Positions 53,301 to 64,000 of a stretch of DNA of 64,000 nucleotides are shown here, piece after piece (position 1 is the stretch's first letter; each line of letters opens with the position of its first letter). Below the pieces are notes generated by a model. The model was not told the origin of the DNA and did no database searches. It saw only the letters and a program-made list of their open reading frames with translations. Made by a program: the position numbers and the translations under genes. The DNA lies in NCBI GenBank assembly GCA_050575255.1, contig JBNZDD010013730.1:2884261-2948260 (forward strand), given 5' to 3'. The DNA comes from Harriotta raleighana (Eukaryota).

Positions 53301-56300
53301 CTCAGAAACAAACCTTTAACATTCAACGCTTTGGGACATCCTTCTGTCATGAAAAGCGCTATATAAATGTAATTTGTTGTAAAATAAAATTACAATGTCT
53401 AAGATTAAACTGCATCCTTTGTTGTACAATTTCTATCAGTCTACAATGGATTTCCCCAATGCAGGGATTTTTTTTTCCTTATAAGTAGAGAAAAGCAAAA
53501 TATTATTTTGCGGAAAATTTTCATTTGCCTAATGCAACATAACTGTTTCTATTATCTGAGTTAATGGGATATTCTGAATACTTACATGCACTTATTCTCA
53601 TTTAGGGCATCCAGAATATTGTCATATCGATCTGTTTTTAGGGTATCTATAAGCTGTAAATGACATCAGAAAGGAAAATTAATTTAATTGCAATTTCATT
53701 CTCATTTGTTCCATTTTCATAGCTAATTAATTTTGATATTAGTGGGTCACAGAGAAATGTACGTATAAGTATTTAGCTCTGAATTGTAATGCAAAATGTT
53801 TGTATAATTTACAGGTCTCTTCTGTAACAATCCATAAATGGCTTAAATCTTTGACTGGGCATTACATCAGTACTTAAACCAATCTAAAATAAAAGCTATA
53901 TCTGTCAATACCTGTACAGAAATATATATTATTCATGCATTAGACAAACTGTCCTATGAATGGATATATGAAGTTCAAATCTTTGTATACAATACTCAGA
54001 CCAGAAATAAGGAGTTAGGAAATAAGTTCCAATTAAAAAACATTTATGAACACAGATATTTTTAAATGGGGGAAGACTTGTACTAAAATAATGTATATTC
54101 AGAGATGATAAATTGTGAAGTAAAACATCCCAGAATTCTAAGCAGCAGCACATATCTACATGTTTGGTGCATTTAGCACTGTTTTAATATTACTGTTATA
54201 AAGGTTGACCCTTATATATTAAGTTTTGTGTAACAATTTCCTTAGATCTTACCTCACCGGGTTGCAGCCTGTCCCAGTTTTCATTAATGTAAGTCATCAA
54301 TTCAAGCTCAGAATCAAAATATTTCTTTTTGTGGATAACACTTAGGTTGTAAAGGCTTAAATGTGCTATGTCAACCCTACAAAAAAAAATTAAAACCATC
54401 AGCATACATCTTATAATTTTTTGCTCAATTATAACCCCAATAATAACTTAGAAACAGAGATGGTTTCCATATTTCATCTTTGCCACAAAAAATGGAATTA
54501 CAAATAAACTAGTTCAAATCAACTTACCACCGTAAAGGTAGACGTTTGAGGTATTCTGGTCCAGAATTGCAAACAGAACAAATAAATAAATAGAACCTGA
54601 TGGGAAAAACAAAGAGAATAAAATCTTTCATACACTTTCTACATCAGTCCTTCAAAGCTACCACATAAACCTTTTGTGAAGAAAAGCATAAAATTTGGTT
54701 GTGATAAAACAAGGGACCTTTATTTCAATTCACCTGAGTCACAAATCAATCATCATTGTCACATATTGTGGACAGATATTCAGTTGTTATTGTCCATCAC
54801 TGATGGGGAATGTTCTTGGCATATCAATTCTCACACACTCTGTATTTGTGAAACATTTTTGTATAGACCACTGTTAATACATTTCAGTGAAAAGTGTAAA
54901 ATTATTTTTTTGATAAAAATATATTAAATTAAGCTCAACTTAATGTAAAGCTTAGTGTACAATTAAACCTTCATATCCATTTGTCCTCAAGGGCTAGACA
55001 TGGAATGCATATATTGTGATAAATATTATTGTGGAACTTCATAATCCTCTGTAGTATTATAGAGCATTGACAATTTAACTTCGGATGCAGGAACGAAAAA
55101 GAATTTAGATACATATCAAACACAGAAAGACTTACCTGTCCCCATAAAGCATAGGCTTCGGTAAGCATTGTATACAGGCTTCATGGAACCACTGTTTACA
55201 TCTCCAGCACTGCAGCATTTTCAGATACCAACTAGGAAAAAAATCTAAATTTCAATGTAAAATATACAAACATGTACCACACAATAAAAGTCTAAAAACT
55301 ATCTATTAAATGTCAGTTTTGGAAAATACATCAATTTTATTTACAAAGCAACACCTTCCAAATTATTAAAAGCAAATGCTGACAATTCACATGGCCTTCT
55401 CAAAATACAACACAGAAAAGTGAAGCAACAATGAAATCTGATAATGAGATGAAAGACAATATTGGATTCATTCTTCCATGGTGAAAAGATGTTTTTAAAT
55501 TTAAATATTGCATTTCAAAAGAGCTTTCCTCAGAAAAAGTTAGTGATTCTTACATATTAGAACTGCTCTACACAATTAGAAATAACAACATGAGCAGTTT
55601 ACCACATCATCATCTGAATGTTTATAAAAACTGACAAGGGTATCATTTAATATCGTTAATTATATTCTAAGCACAGAACAATATTATCTGTATAGGAACT
55701 TTATTGTCTTTTAACTCAGCATGGAAATAAATTCTTAGTAATTGTAATTTCGAACAGTTGTATCTGGTCTAATGTTATCTCTTCAGCACATCTGGGCAGG
55801 ATCCTGAGAGATAATATAATTTTTTTTTGCAGTCAGACCAGAACTATTTTAATCAATAGTTCATGTTTCTAATCAACGATGCAACAATGTACTAGAAACC
55901 TATCTTTTGCAAAAAGCCAAATAAATCATATCAATTTTAAGCATTCAGAAACTACCCCGCATGAGGAGTGCTATGTAATTGCAAGTTTTTTTAAAATCCA
56001 TCTATCTGACTGGATTGTTCTTTTCGAGCTGAGAACACATGTCTATTTATTTCAGATAAACACTTGTACAATATGGGTTGTCTTCTCTTCCTTTGTCCCA
56101 CCCTTTTCTTCAAGTTGTTTTGCAAGTATTTCTTACTGGATATAGTGTTCTCTTCCTCTTTGTGATGACAGCTCAGATTGCTGATATGTCCGTGCACCTG
56201 AATTGCAAAGGCTTTGAGAGTGCAATAAGCTCTCCTGACACGTAGATTTCAAAACATCCCAAACTAATTTACAACAAGACTAAACATTCAACTCATCATA

Positions 56301-59253
56301 CAATGAAGCATTGAACTTACTTCCCAGGTCCTCCACAGTAGCAGTAACATTGTTGGTGATTAGTTTTGTGGCCTAGATCCCACTGAAGGTCCTCCAATTG
56401 GTAGGGTAACGTCTGCTTCATGACCTGAAGGGCTTTGGCATTTGGTCCCTTCTTAAGAGCACCACCCCTCTAGAATATAAATACAAACTTCAAATTGAAA
56501 GATATTTAATTACATTGTTAATTGTATCCGTTTGATCAGTTGTTATTTGCACTACAGTGATTTTTTATCTCTTTCCTTCTTTGTTAGTAACATATACACA
56601 AACAGACACACACAAACACACACAATGTAATGTTTTGCCCTAAACAATAGATCCCAGTGTCTATTTTAACAATTTGCTTGTTTACCAAAGTAATTGTATG
56701 GTATTTTACATCTCAGGCTGCTATACGTACTTTTGTGGTTGTAGCAAAGACACATTGACGGCACAGCCATTTGGCATCTGATGCAATCACACTCGAGTCG
56801 ATGTTAGGAATGTGACATTTCTGATGATAACCTGCAATTTGATTTTTAAAAATTCCATTAAATTAAAATTGACAATTTTTTGTTTTTGTAATAAAATATA
56901 AGCCTTTAGCATTTACCTTGTCCACACTTATCACAAATAACCATCTCATTGGGTGCTTCTGAGTATTCCTCCTGGCATATGGTACAAACCATCTCTCCAC
57001 TTCCACTGGCACCTAATATTAAATGCAAAATAATGTTACATACAATATATTAAAAAGCAATTTCCTTTCTCTCCCCACACTTCCCTTTATATCAAAGTAC
57101 TATACCTCTTTGTTCATACTTTCGATGAGTTTTCCCTTCCCTAACCACCACGCATCTTGTCAGCCCAGCTGCCTTAAAACTGATCAACACTACAGTCATA
57201 TAAATGTAATTTATTGTTGTTCATTAAAGCTATTATTTTGTCATTTCAGCTGCTGAAGATCACCTGTTCTTCGTTGAAATTATAAATTGAAATTCAAGCC
57301 AACTGGTTAAAAAATTTGGCCTCAGTCAGTTTACAAGGAGTATAGATGACCAAAGATTAGTTTAAAATTTTCAAACAGGAACCTTTCCAGAGTTCAATGG
57401 CTGTTAGGGTATGGAAAAAAAGAGCAGAGAAATGCGAAATAGAGAGATGCTGGAAAGGAACATTTTGTAATATTATCGTCCATGATATCACACTCAACAA
57501 TTTAGAAAACATTCTCAATGATGGAATCTCATCTCTGTGGGAAGCTAAACACTACATAATTCATAAGTTTACTGAAATAAATCTTCCACAATTATGGCAT
57601 AACAATCTTTTCAAAAAAGTTAAATACCAGTTCCATTGTAAATGTGGAGGAAAATGTAATACTTTATACCCTGGGAGTTGGCTACAGTTAAACCACTGGA
57701 TAAATTTGTAACATGAAAATCAAAAATGCAAGTTACTTTAACCACTCAAACCAAGCTGGTTGTGGGACTGTATTATGAAACACTTGTGAAATAAGCAAGG
57801 AATAAACAATAACAACAAAGTTACATTTGTATAGCACATTTCACCTCGGGAGGACATCCCAAGGCGCTGGAACATTTCATGCCAATTTTCTCTCTATTGG
57901 GGGAAGGGGTTTATTGGAACAAACCATATTCCTCTAGATTTTATGTCCACTTCAACTTTAATTTCACAGGGTAATTCATGTCCACACAACACATAGAAAA
58001 CAGTTTTACATAAAAGCCAAATGTCATATATAGAAATTTTTGAAAAACATTTACCAGTCTGTATATCTTTCCACAAGACCCAAGACTTTGAACTGTCTTC
58101 AAAGATGACAAAGCAGCTTTCTTTCTGTTTGTTCACCTTCAATTAAAAAAAACTTTAGTTTTTGCAGTGATAAATGCGTCTAACAAAACGAAATATTCAG
58201 TTCACTTAATTCTAGCTAAGTTACAGCAAGCAGTCAGCTGCAGAGGTGTAGGGAAAGGGGCAGATTAAATAGGACTAAAAGAATTGCTCGAGTAAGCTGT
58301 CTTATGCCTGAATGATCTTCTGTGCCATAAATTTCAATGGTTCAGTCTTGTGAAAGAAATAATAGTTTTACCACTGAAGACTGTTCTTTACGGACTAAGC
58401 ATTGAAAAAGTGACAGTTGATTTTTCCATAAAGTTGAAAACTATAGTTGTGTACTTCTAATCATTTACAGAGTAAATGGGTATTGGGAACATTTTAAGTC
58501 TTCACAAGATAACACTTCTGTATTGCAGATTTCACCATACCAGGCTCCTTCCACAAGAGGCCCTCAGTGAGGACCCCTAGACTGAGGTAAATCAAGACCG
58601 CTTTTAGGCGCTCACTTTGAATTCCACACTTAGAATGAGATTTTAATCATCACGAGTACGAAATGCCTATTTGCTATTAAACGGAGCAACATTTAGCCAA
58701 ATAGGTATATTGTTTCCAGTTAACTTTGTAGAAGTCCACATATTCACCACCTCCACATAAAGAATCTAAATCTACAAAATACAGTCAATCCACTTTACAA
58801 TTTACCGTGTGAAATGATTTGAGTCGTTTCAACAACATAAGGCAGTACATCAAATGCAAGGAATATAATATTATAACTTGACCACCAGAAGGTGGTCAAT
58901 TTATAGGCTCAGACAATATTGTATTATTCATAGCAATTTTATCAGCCTGATCACTCGGTATAAGAAACTGGATGCATAAGGTAACTCATTTTTGACCAGG
59001 TACAAATCCACCAATTAAAGCAATTATGTAGTACTGTAGGTACAATCTATTTACCTTTTTGACTGTTCCAAGGTAAAATAAGCCATCTGACCACCGGGCT
59101 AGGACATCCTGACCTTCCGCAAACTTGCATGCAGTTTGTTTGCCTTTTGGTCCATCCCGCAATGACAGGTGAACAGAGGACACTGGTGTCTTCTGATTTC
59201 GGCGGGAAGGGGATCGTTTGTGGAGAGATAAGTTACCTGCTCCTGTCGTATCT
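50387..59253 (-). CDS. MTF2: Metal-response element-binding transcription factor 2 / Polycomb-like 2 (PRC2.1 accessory subunit), coding exons 2-15
   Basis: The spliced translation closely matches recalled vertebrate MTF2: [35 protein letters not shown] (Tudor), [30 protein letters not shown] (PHD1), [18 protein letters not shown] (PHD2), [35 protein letters not shown] and [17 protein letters not shown] (EH/winged helix), [22 protein letters not shown] (C-terminal chromo-like). GT-AG exons with matching phases: 59055-59253, 58055-58136, 56917-57012, 56731-56831, 56321-56469, 55136-55231, 54528-54596, 54253-54376, 53586-53653, 52887-53069, 52253-52364, 51701-51753 (or 51792), 51413-51511, 50387-50741 (TGA at 50387-50389). 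The start codon exon is uncertain (see findings). Confidence 0.97.
53200..53380 (+). mobile_element. L2 LINE 3' fragment in an MTF2 intron
   Basis: CCTTCAAGGCC...TTTGACTATGCC...GCTTTGGGACATCC...AAAGCGCTATATAAATGTAATTTGTTGT. Confidence 0.7.
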
Positions 59254-60457
59254 CTGTCCATCAGGAAAATGTCATCATCAACTGGAAATAAAAACTAAAA
59301 GTCATTGAGATACTTAATGAAGATTTACTCTAAATCCGCATTGCATTTACTTTTTAAATCTCAAACCTCATGAACAAAACCGTCACGTGCTCAGCAAAAT
59401 AGTTGTTAAATTTTAATCATATCTTTCCAGACTACTTGAGAAACAACAAAATTACATTTGTAAAAACCTTTCACATCAGAGGACAACCCAAAGGAAGATA
59501 GTATGGCCTTTTTTTTAGTATTTGAAGTTAGAAGAAAAACAACTAGAGTAATACTAATATAGAATTGCCACCCTTTGTCTGCCTTTTTAAGACAGGCAAT
59601 TAATTGTCCAGGTTGCATGCTGAAGAGACGAGGTGAATTTAATCAATATCTGCCTACATTCCTATTGACCAGTCAATCTGAATCATTTCTTGCTTTAATA
59701 GATTTTAAAATTGACTTTAGAACTATTTGCACTATGTAAAGTGTAAACTCATTGCGTCTGTCCGGATAGGATCTTGAAATAGATTGTCTCAGAAAACAAC
59801 TGAAAATATTCTTTGCATTAAGCATGCCTCTTTAAGGTAATGAAAAATGCCATGTTGCAAGCAGATTATAGAAACGTGAACTGGTAAGATTAATGGTCAA
59901 AACTTGCAGTTAATTTTGTATTTAAAAAAACTAGAAATAAAGAAAACATTGAGAAAACATAAGGTTTTGTTTCCCGCTAAAAATGTACAATTATATTTAT
60001 GACACCCGAAAATCAATTGCAAAAAATTAATCTCAAGATTTTGAAGTGCAAGTTTTTTTTTTAAAAATCGCTATCTATGGCACTTGTTTCTTAAAACCGG
60101 GAAAGTTTTGAGCAAAGAAAAAGAAACTCTTATGAACTTTCTTTTAAAACGTAGTACTACCATAGACAGCAAATGTGATCCTTCTCCCCCCCGCCCAGCC
60201 TCCCCTATTTGTTTATTCGAACTTACAGTCACATTTTTTTTGATGGAATGGGAACGAATACTTTCCTACAAAATAAGTTTTATCACTGATATAAATCTGC
60301 AATAATTGAGCGACTCGGTGAACGACTGATTGCCTGGGGGGTGGGGAGAGGGGTATGTGCTGTGTATACACAGTGCACAGAACAAACAACCCAAATTCCA
60401 GTCAGCAAAATCCACGGAGAGAGAGAAAAAGGGGGGGGGTGGGGGGGTGGAGGGGAC

Positions 60458-60517
60458 CTCATTGCATTGTACTCATTGTGTTCAATGTTGTCAAACTGCA
60501 CGTTCAGTCCCCGTGGA
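60458..60517 (-). CDS. MTF2: Candidate MTF2 start-codon exon ending ATG AG (gives conserved M-R-D start)
   Basis: Acceptor tcgtatttcAG at 60519-60518. The 60-nt open exon ends GCA ATG AG, which joins exon 2 to give MRDTTGAGN (human MRDSTGAGN). The donor GTCCCC is weak. Confidence 0.45.
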
Positions 60518-61044
60518 CTGAAATACGAGATGTCCAATACGAGGGATCCCCAAAAGTGGCATGTTGAACGATTAACAAAGAATAAACACCTCGAGTTTGT
60601 AATATCACTATTGCCTCCCCCCCACCCACCCGCCTCCTTATCCCCACCCCCCCGCCCACCCTGCGCGCAAATAATGACAGAAAACGATGTCCCGTTTTTT
60701 TTGAAAGAAAGCCCTCATTCAAACAAAGGAATCCGGCAGATACACAGCACCAAGTCATTTCAAAGCGGATCTAAACCGAGAAAAAAAACTTTGATCTCGA
60801 ATTAAAAACGCGCGGCAATCTGAATTGGTTTTAAAGTGGATGTTAAAGGCACTTTCTGAGGATGATGTTTGAGGGGGGGGGGGGGGGGATTTCTCAAGAG
60901 ACGGTTGGCGCGGGGCTGCTCAGCGACTCTCGAAAATGGAACTGAAAGAAAGGCCTGAGCTCTGAGCCCCCCTCGGCCCCTCACCCACCTACTGTTTTTT
61001 TGGGGGAAGAAAAACACACACACAAAAAGGCCGCGCTCACTCAC

Positions 61045-61290
61045 CTCAGCCCGTCCCAGCGGTGAAATCCCCTCCTTTACATCCAGACTGAGGCCGGTCT
61101 GTGCTGTGAGTGTCTGGGGGAAGGGATGCTTTCTCTCCCCCCCACTCCCCTCCCCCCGCCCTGACTCTATCCTGTCCTGGCCCTCAGCTCTCCACTCCCC
61201 CAGGAATCCCCCCCCCCTATCCCACACACACATAAACCTTTCTCCTCACAGCGTCGGCGGTTACTACAGCGCCATTTTACTTTCCCGCTC
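61045..61290 (-). other. MTF2: MTF2 first (5' leader) exon
   Basis: GC-rich segment just downstream of a promoter motif cluster, ending in a consensus donor CTGAG|GTGAGT at 61045/61044. The transcription start is approximate. Confidence 0.7.
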
Positions 61291-61355
61291 CTGACTATGA
61301 ATTGTGGGAAGGGGGCGCGCTCCGGCCGCCCAGTGAGGGCGGGAGGCGGAGCCAG
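61265..61355 (-). promoter_or_regulatory. MTF2 CpG-rich core promoter
   Basis: YY1-type CGCCATTTT at 61270-61278, E2F-type TTTCCCGC at 61281-61288, ZNF143/Staf-like TTCCCACAATTCATAGTC (minus strand, 61293-61310), and GC boxes at about 61337-61351. Confidence 0.65.
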
Positions 61356-61364
61356 AGTGTACAG

Positions 61365-61740
61365 GGCAGCCGCTCACACCAACAGCCGCTCACAGCAACA
61401 GCCGCTCACACAGCAGCTCCTCACAGCGACAGCCGCACACAGGAACAATAGCTCCTCACAGCAACAGCAGCCNCTCACACAGCAGCTCCTCACAGCGACA
61501 GCCGCACACAGGAACAATAGCTCCTCACAGCAACAGCCGCACACAGCAGCCCCTCACACAGCAGCTCCTCACAGCAACAGCCGCTCACAGCAACAATAGC
61601 TCCTCACAGCAACAGCCGCACACAGCAGCCCCTCACACAGCAACAGCTCCGCATAGCAACAGTAGCTCCTCACAGTAACAGCACACATCAGCTCCTCACA
61701 GTGACAGCACAATAACTCCTATGAGTAACAGCATCTCATG
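61365..61740. repeat. Minisatellite of CACAGCAACAGC(TCCT/CGCT)-type units
   Basis: Degenerate tandem units of about 15-18 bp directly upstream of the MTF2 promoter. Confidence 0.88.
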
Positions 61741-61744
61741 TGAG

Positions 61745-62425
61745 TAAAAACAACACAATTACACTGGTTTAGCGTATTTCAAGTCAGGAGGACGTCCCGA
61801 GGCGCTGGACGATGATTGTTTCAGACCCGAGGTGGGGTCAGGATCTGGGAGGGTGGAGGGAAAGGAGGGGATTTGGGGTGACCGATGTGACCCTAGAAGA
61901 GGAGGGGCGAGACTTATGGAGGCCAGGGAGGGGGCGAGGCGGAGGGACTGTGGGATGGAGTTCCAGAGGTTGGGGGCAGAATGGCTGAAGGCTCGCCTGC
62001 TGATGGTGGGTCAGGGGACATGGCTTAAGTCGGAGCTCGCTAAGCGGACGGCCAGGTTGGACGTGATGAAGGGACGACTGAGAGTTTCAACGGCCTGAGG
62101 GGTGAGATAATGGCGGAGTTGGGCAATGTTATGGAGGTGAGGGATGGCAGAGAGGGTAGGGTCATGGCCTGGATGTGAGAGAGGAAAGTCGATCGAGGAC
62201 TGAATAAAAACACCTTGATTGCTGACTGGTTGGTGACATGGAGTGTGCAACCATTGGAGGTTGATGCCCGATATGTGGAGGCGCTGGCGAGAGCCAATCA
62301 GGATTAACTCGGCTTTGTTGAAAGTCCCTCATCCAGGCAAGTTGGTCAGGACAGCAGTGGTCCTGGAATCAAGGCTGGAGGCAGAAAGGTAGAGTTGGGA
62401 GTCATCCACGTATTTGACATACATA
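61745..62425 (-). mobile_element. L2 LINE 3' fragment, internally deleted
   Basis: The tail at 61745-61810 matches the other L2 copies. The upstream part gives HLHNIAQLRHYLTPQAVETL, an L2 ORF2-like motif. Confidence 0.8.
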
Positions 62426-62630
62426 ACACAGCAGCTCCCGAGAGTAACACAACAAGGCACCTCCTGAGAGTTAACACAGCACAACACAGGAGTTTACAAC
62501 AACAACAAAATTACACTTATAGAGCGCGTTTCACGTCAGGAGGACGTCCCAAGGCGCTGAGTTTATCTGTACGCATTAAAAAAGGGGTAGGCCATTCAGC
62601 CAATCGAGCCTAATCTGCCATTCTATAAGG

Positions 62631-62832
62631 CAGTGGTTCCCAATTTTTTTTTGCTGTGGCCCAAATTAACCACCAAACCGGTCCTCCCACCACTAGGGGG
62701 CGATAACACGACTGAAGCTCAGCCTAAATGTTATCTCAGTCTGTTTTGTGGACTCAGCGCAACTCGTAAGTAACGCTCTTTATACAAATTGGTCGGCGAA
62801 CCTTTGGGTCAGGACCCAGGTGGGAACCACTG
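62631..62832. mobile_element. Non-autonomous hAT (Charlie-like) DNA transposon / MITE
   Basis: Terminal inverted repeats CAGTGGTTCCCA ... TGGGAACCACTG, and an 8-bp target-site duplication CTATAAGG / CTATAAGC (7/8 match). Confidence 0.85.
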
Positions 62833-64000
62833 CTATAAGCATTCCCAACACAGCATAGCAGCTCACATAAAATATCCAGTTAATTCACTTCACAGTATAT
62901 TCTGTAAGTGTTTTGATACGTCGAAGACATGATAAGGCACTGTAACAAATGCAAGATTATTATTCTCAGCACAGCATAACCTAACAATTTTTATTGTGAT
63001 TTAGCAGCTTCTGGAGCAAGCCATAAACTTTTTTTCTTAATGTTTGGTTCTGTGCATTTTGTAAAAAACATAAACCACCTCACAGTCCTTTCAAAAATAT
63101 TAAGTTATCAATTTGAACAAAAAAAGTAGCAGTCTGCAAAACTAAATGCAGATCAATAATAGTCACCTGGCACTGGTGGATATGTAATCCCAGTGAGTGA
63201 AGTATTTCCTCCACATTTATCCTTTTGCATCTTTCGGTTTCAGCCAGTAACCGATTATTGTTGATGTATTTTGCACACAAAATCGATAACAGCCCCTTTG
63301 TTCTCTTTTTAAAAAAGGACACACTGACAATACAACATTCAACAATGACCTTGATCTTATTAGAAAGAGATATATATATTTATAGATATATATATATATA
63401 AACATAAAATCCTTGCCATGGATTTAGTGTCTTATTGATGTGTTTGGAGGCCAACGCAGCAGCCAATTTGGGCACTAATAATATTTCACAGCCATGAAAT
63501 GAATAACCAAATTATGACCAGACGAAATACTGTGTTGTAACTTTTATTATTCTGTGATGTGGTTGATCTAAAGTGGACTGTAAATGAGAAAGTTTTTAAC
63601 CCATAGAGTTGCTCTCAATAAAAGTGTTGAAAAAATGAAATGCTTGAGTAATGGAAGCCATTGGGTCCTGATGCCAAGAAAACATGTGTGATTTTAGACA
63701 AAAACAAGTTTGATGTTTCTAAATTTTAAGGCTTTGATCCTCATATACATAGTTCCAGCAGATGTCACTGGTTAACAATCTTGATCAAGTAATGGCTCAT
63801 TATATTGCACCAGATATCAAGTCTTCGTAGCAGACATAATCCATACCTAGTCAGTTACCCTGGATCAGTTAGTACTTTAGTAGGTCATTGTTTCAAGCAC
63901 CTATTAAATTTTGAATTCGCAGTCTTAAGTAGACTTAGAGACTGCTGTCATGTGAGAGAAGCCACCATCAGATGGAACAACTAAGGTTCTCTAACAATTC

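Noticed and set aside
61297-61599. Gln/Ala/His-rich 100-aa ORF divergent from MTF2
   Set aside because: It is a translation of the minisatellite and contains an N.

Overview
This is AT-rich vertebrate genomic DNA. The repeat content (Deu-domain tRNA-derived SINEs with (ATT)n tails, L2 LINE 3' ends with (GTT)n tails, shark-type CR1) points to a cartilaginous fish, probably an elephant-shark-like chimaera; the species is an inference. Two multi-exon genes lie in tandem on the minus strand, both reconstructed by hand with consistent splice phases. MTF2/PCL2 (Tudor-PHD-PHD-EH/winged helix-chromo-like, about 596 aa) spans about 49.7-61.3 kb. CCDC18 (long coiled-coil protein, 29 recognisable coding exons, about 1535 aa) spans about 24.2-48.6 kb. 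TMED5, which sits between these genes in human, is not visible; a CA-rich minisatellite with two small gaps occupies the ~1.1 kb interval. The 1-24 kb region has no recognisable gene, is dense in SINE/LINE fragments, and includes several near-perfect duplications joined by a single N that are probably assembly artefacts. I see no prokaryote-type system or CRISPR array. The best leads are regulatory or isoform-level: an unusual MTF2 5' end, a candidate truncating MTF2 terminal exon, a CTCF-bearing hAT MITE and the synteny gap.
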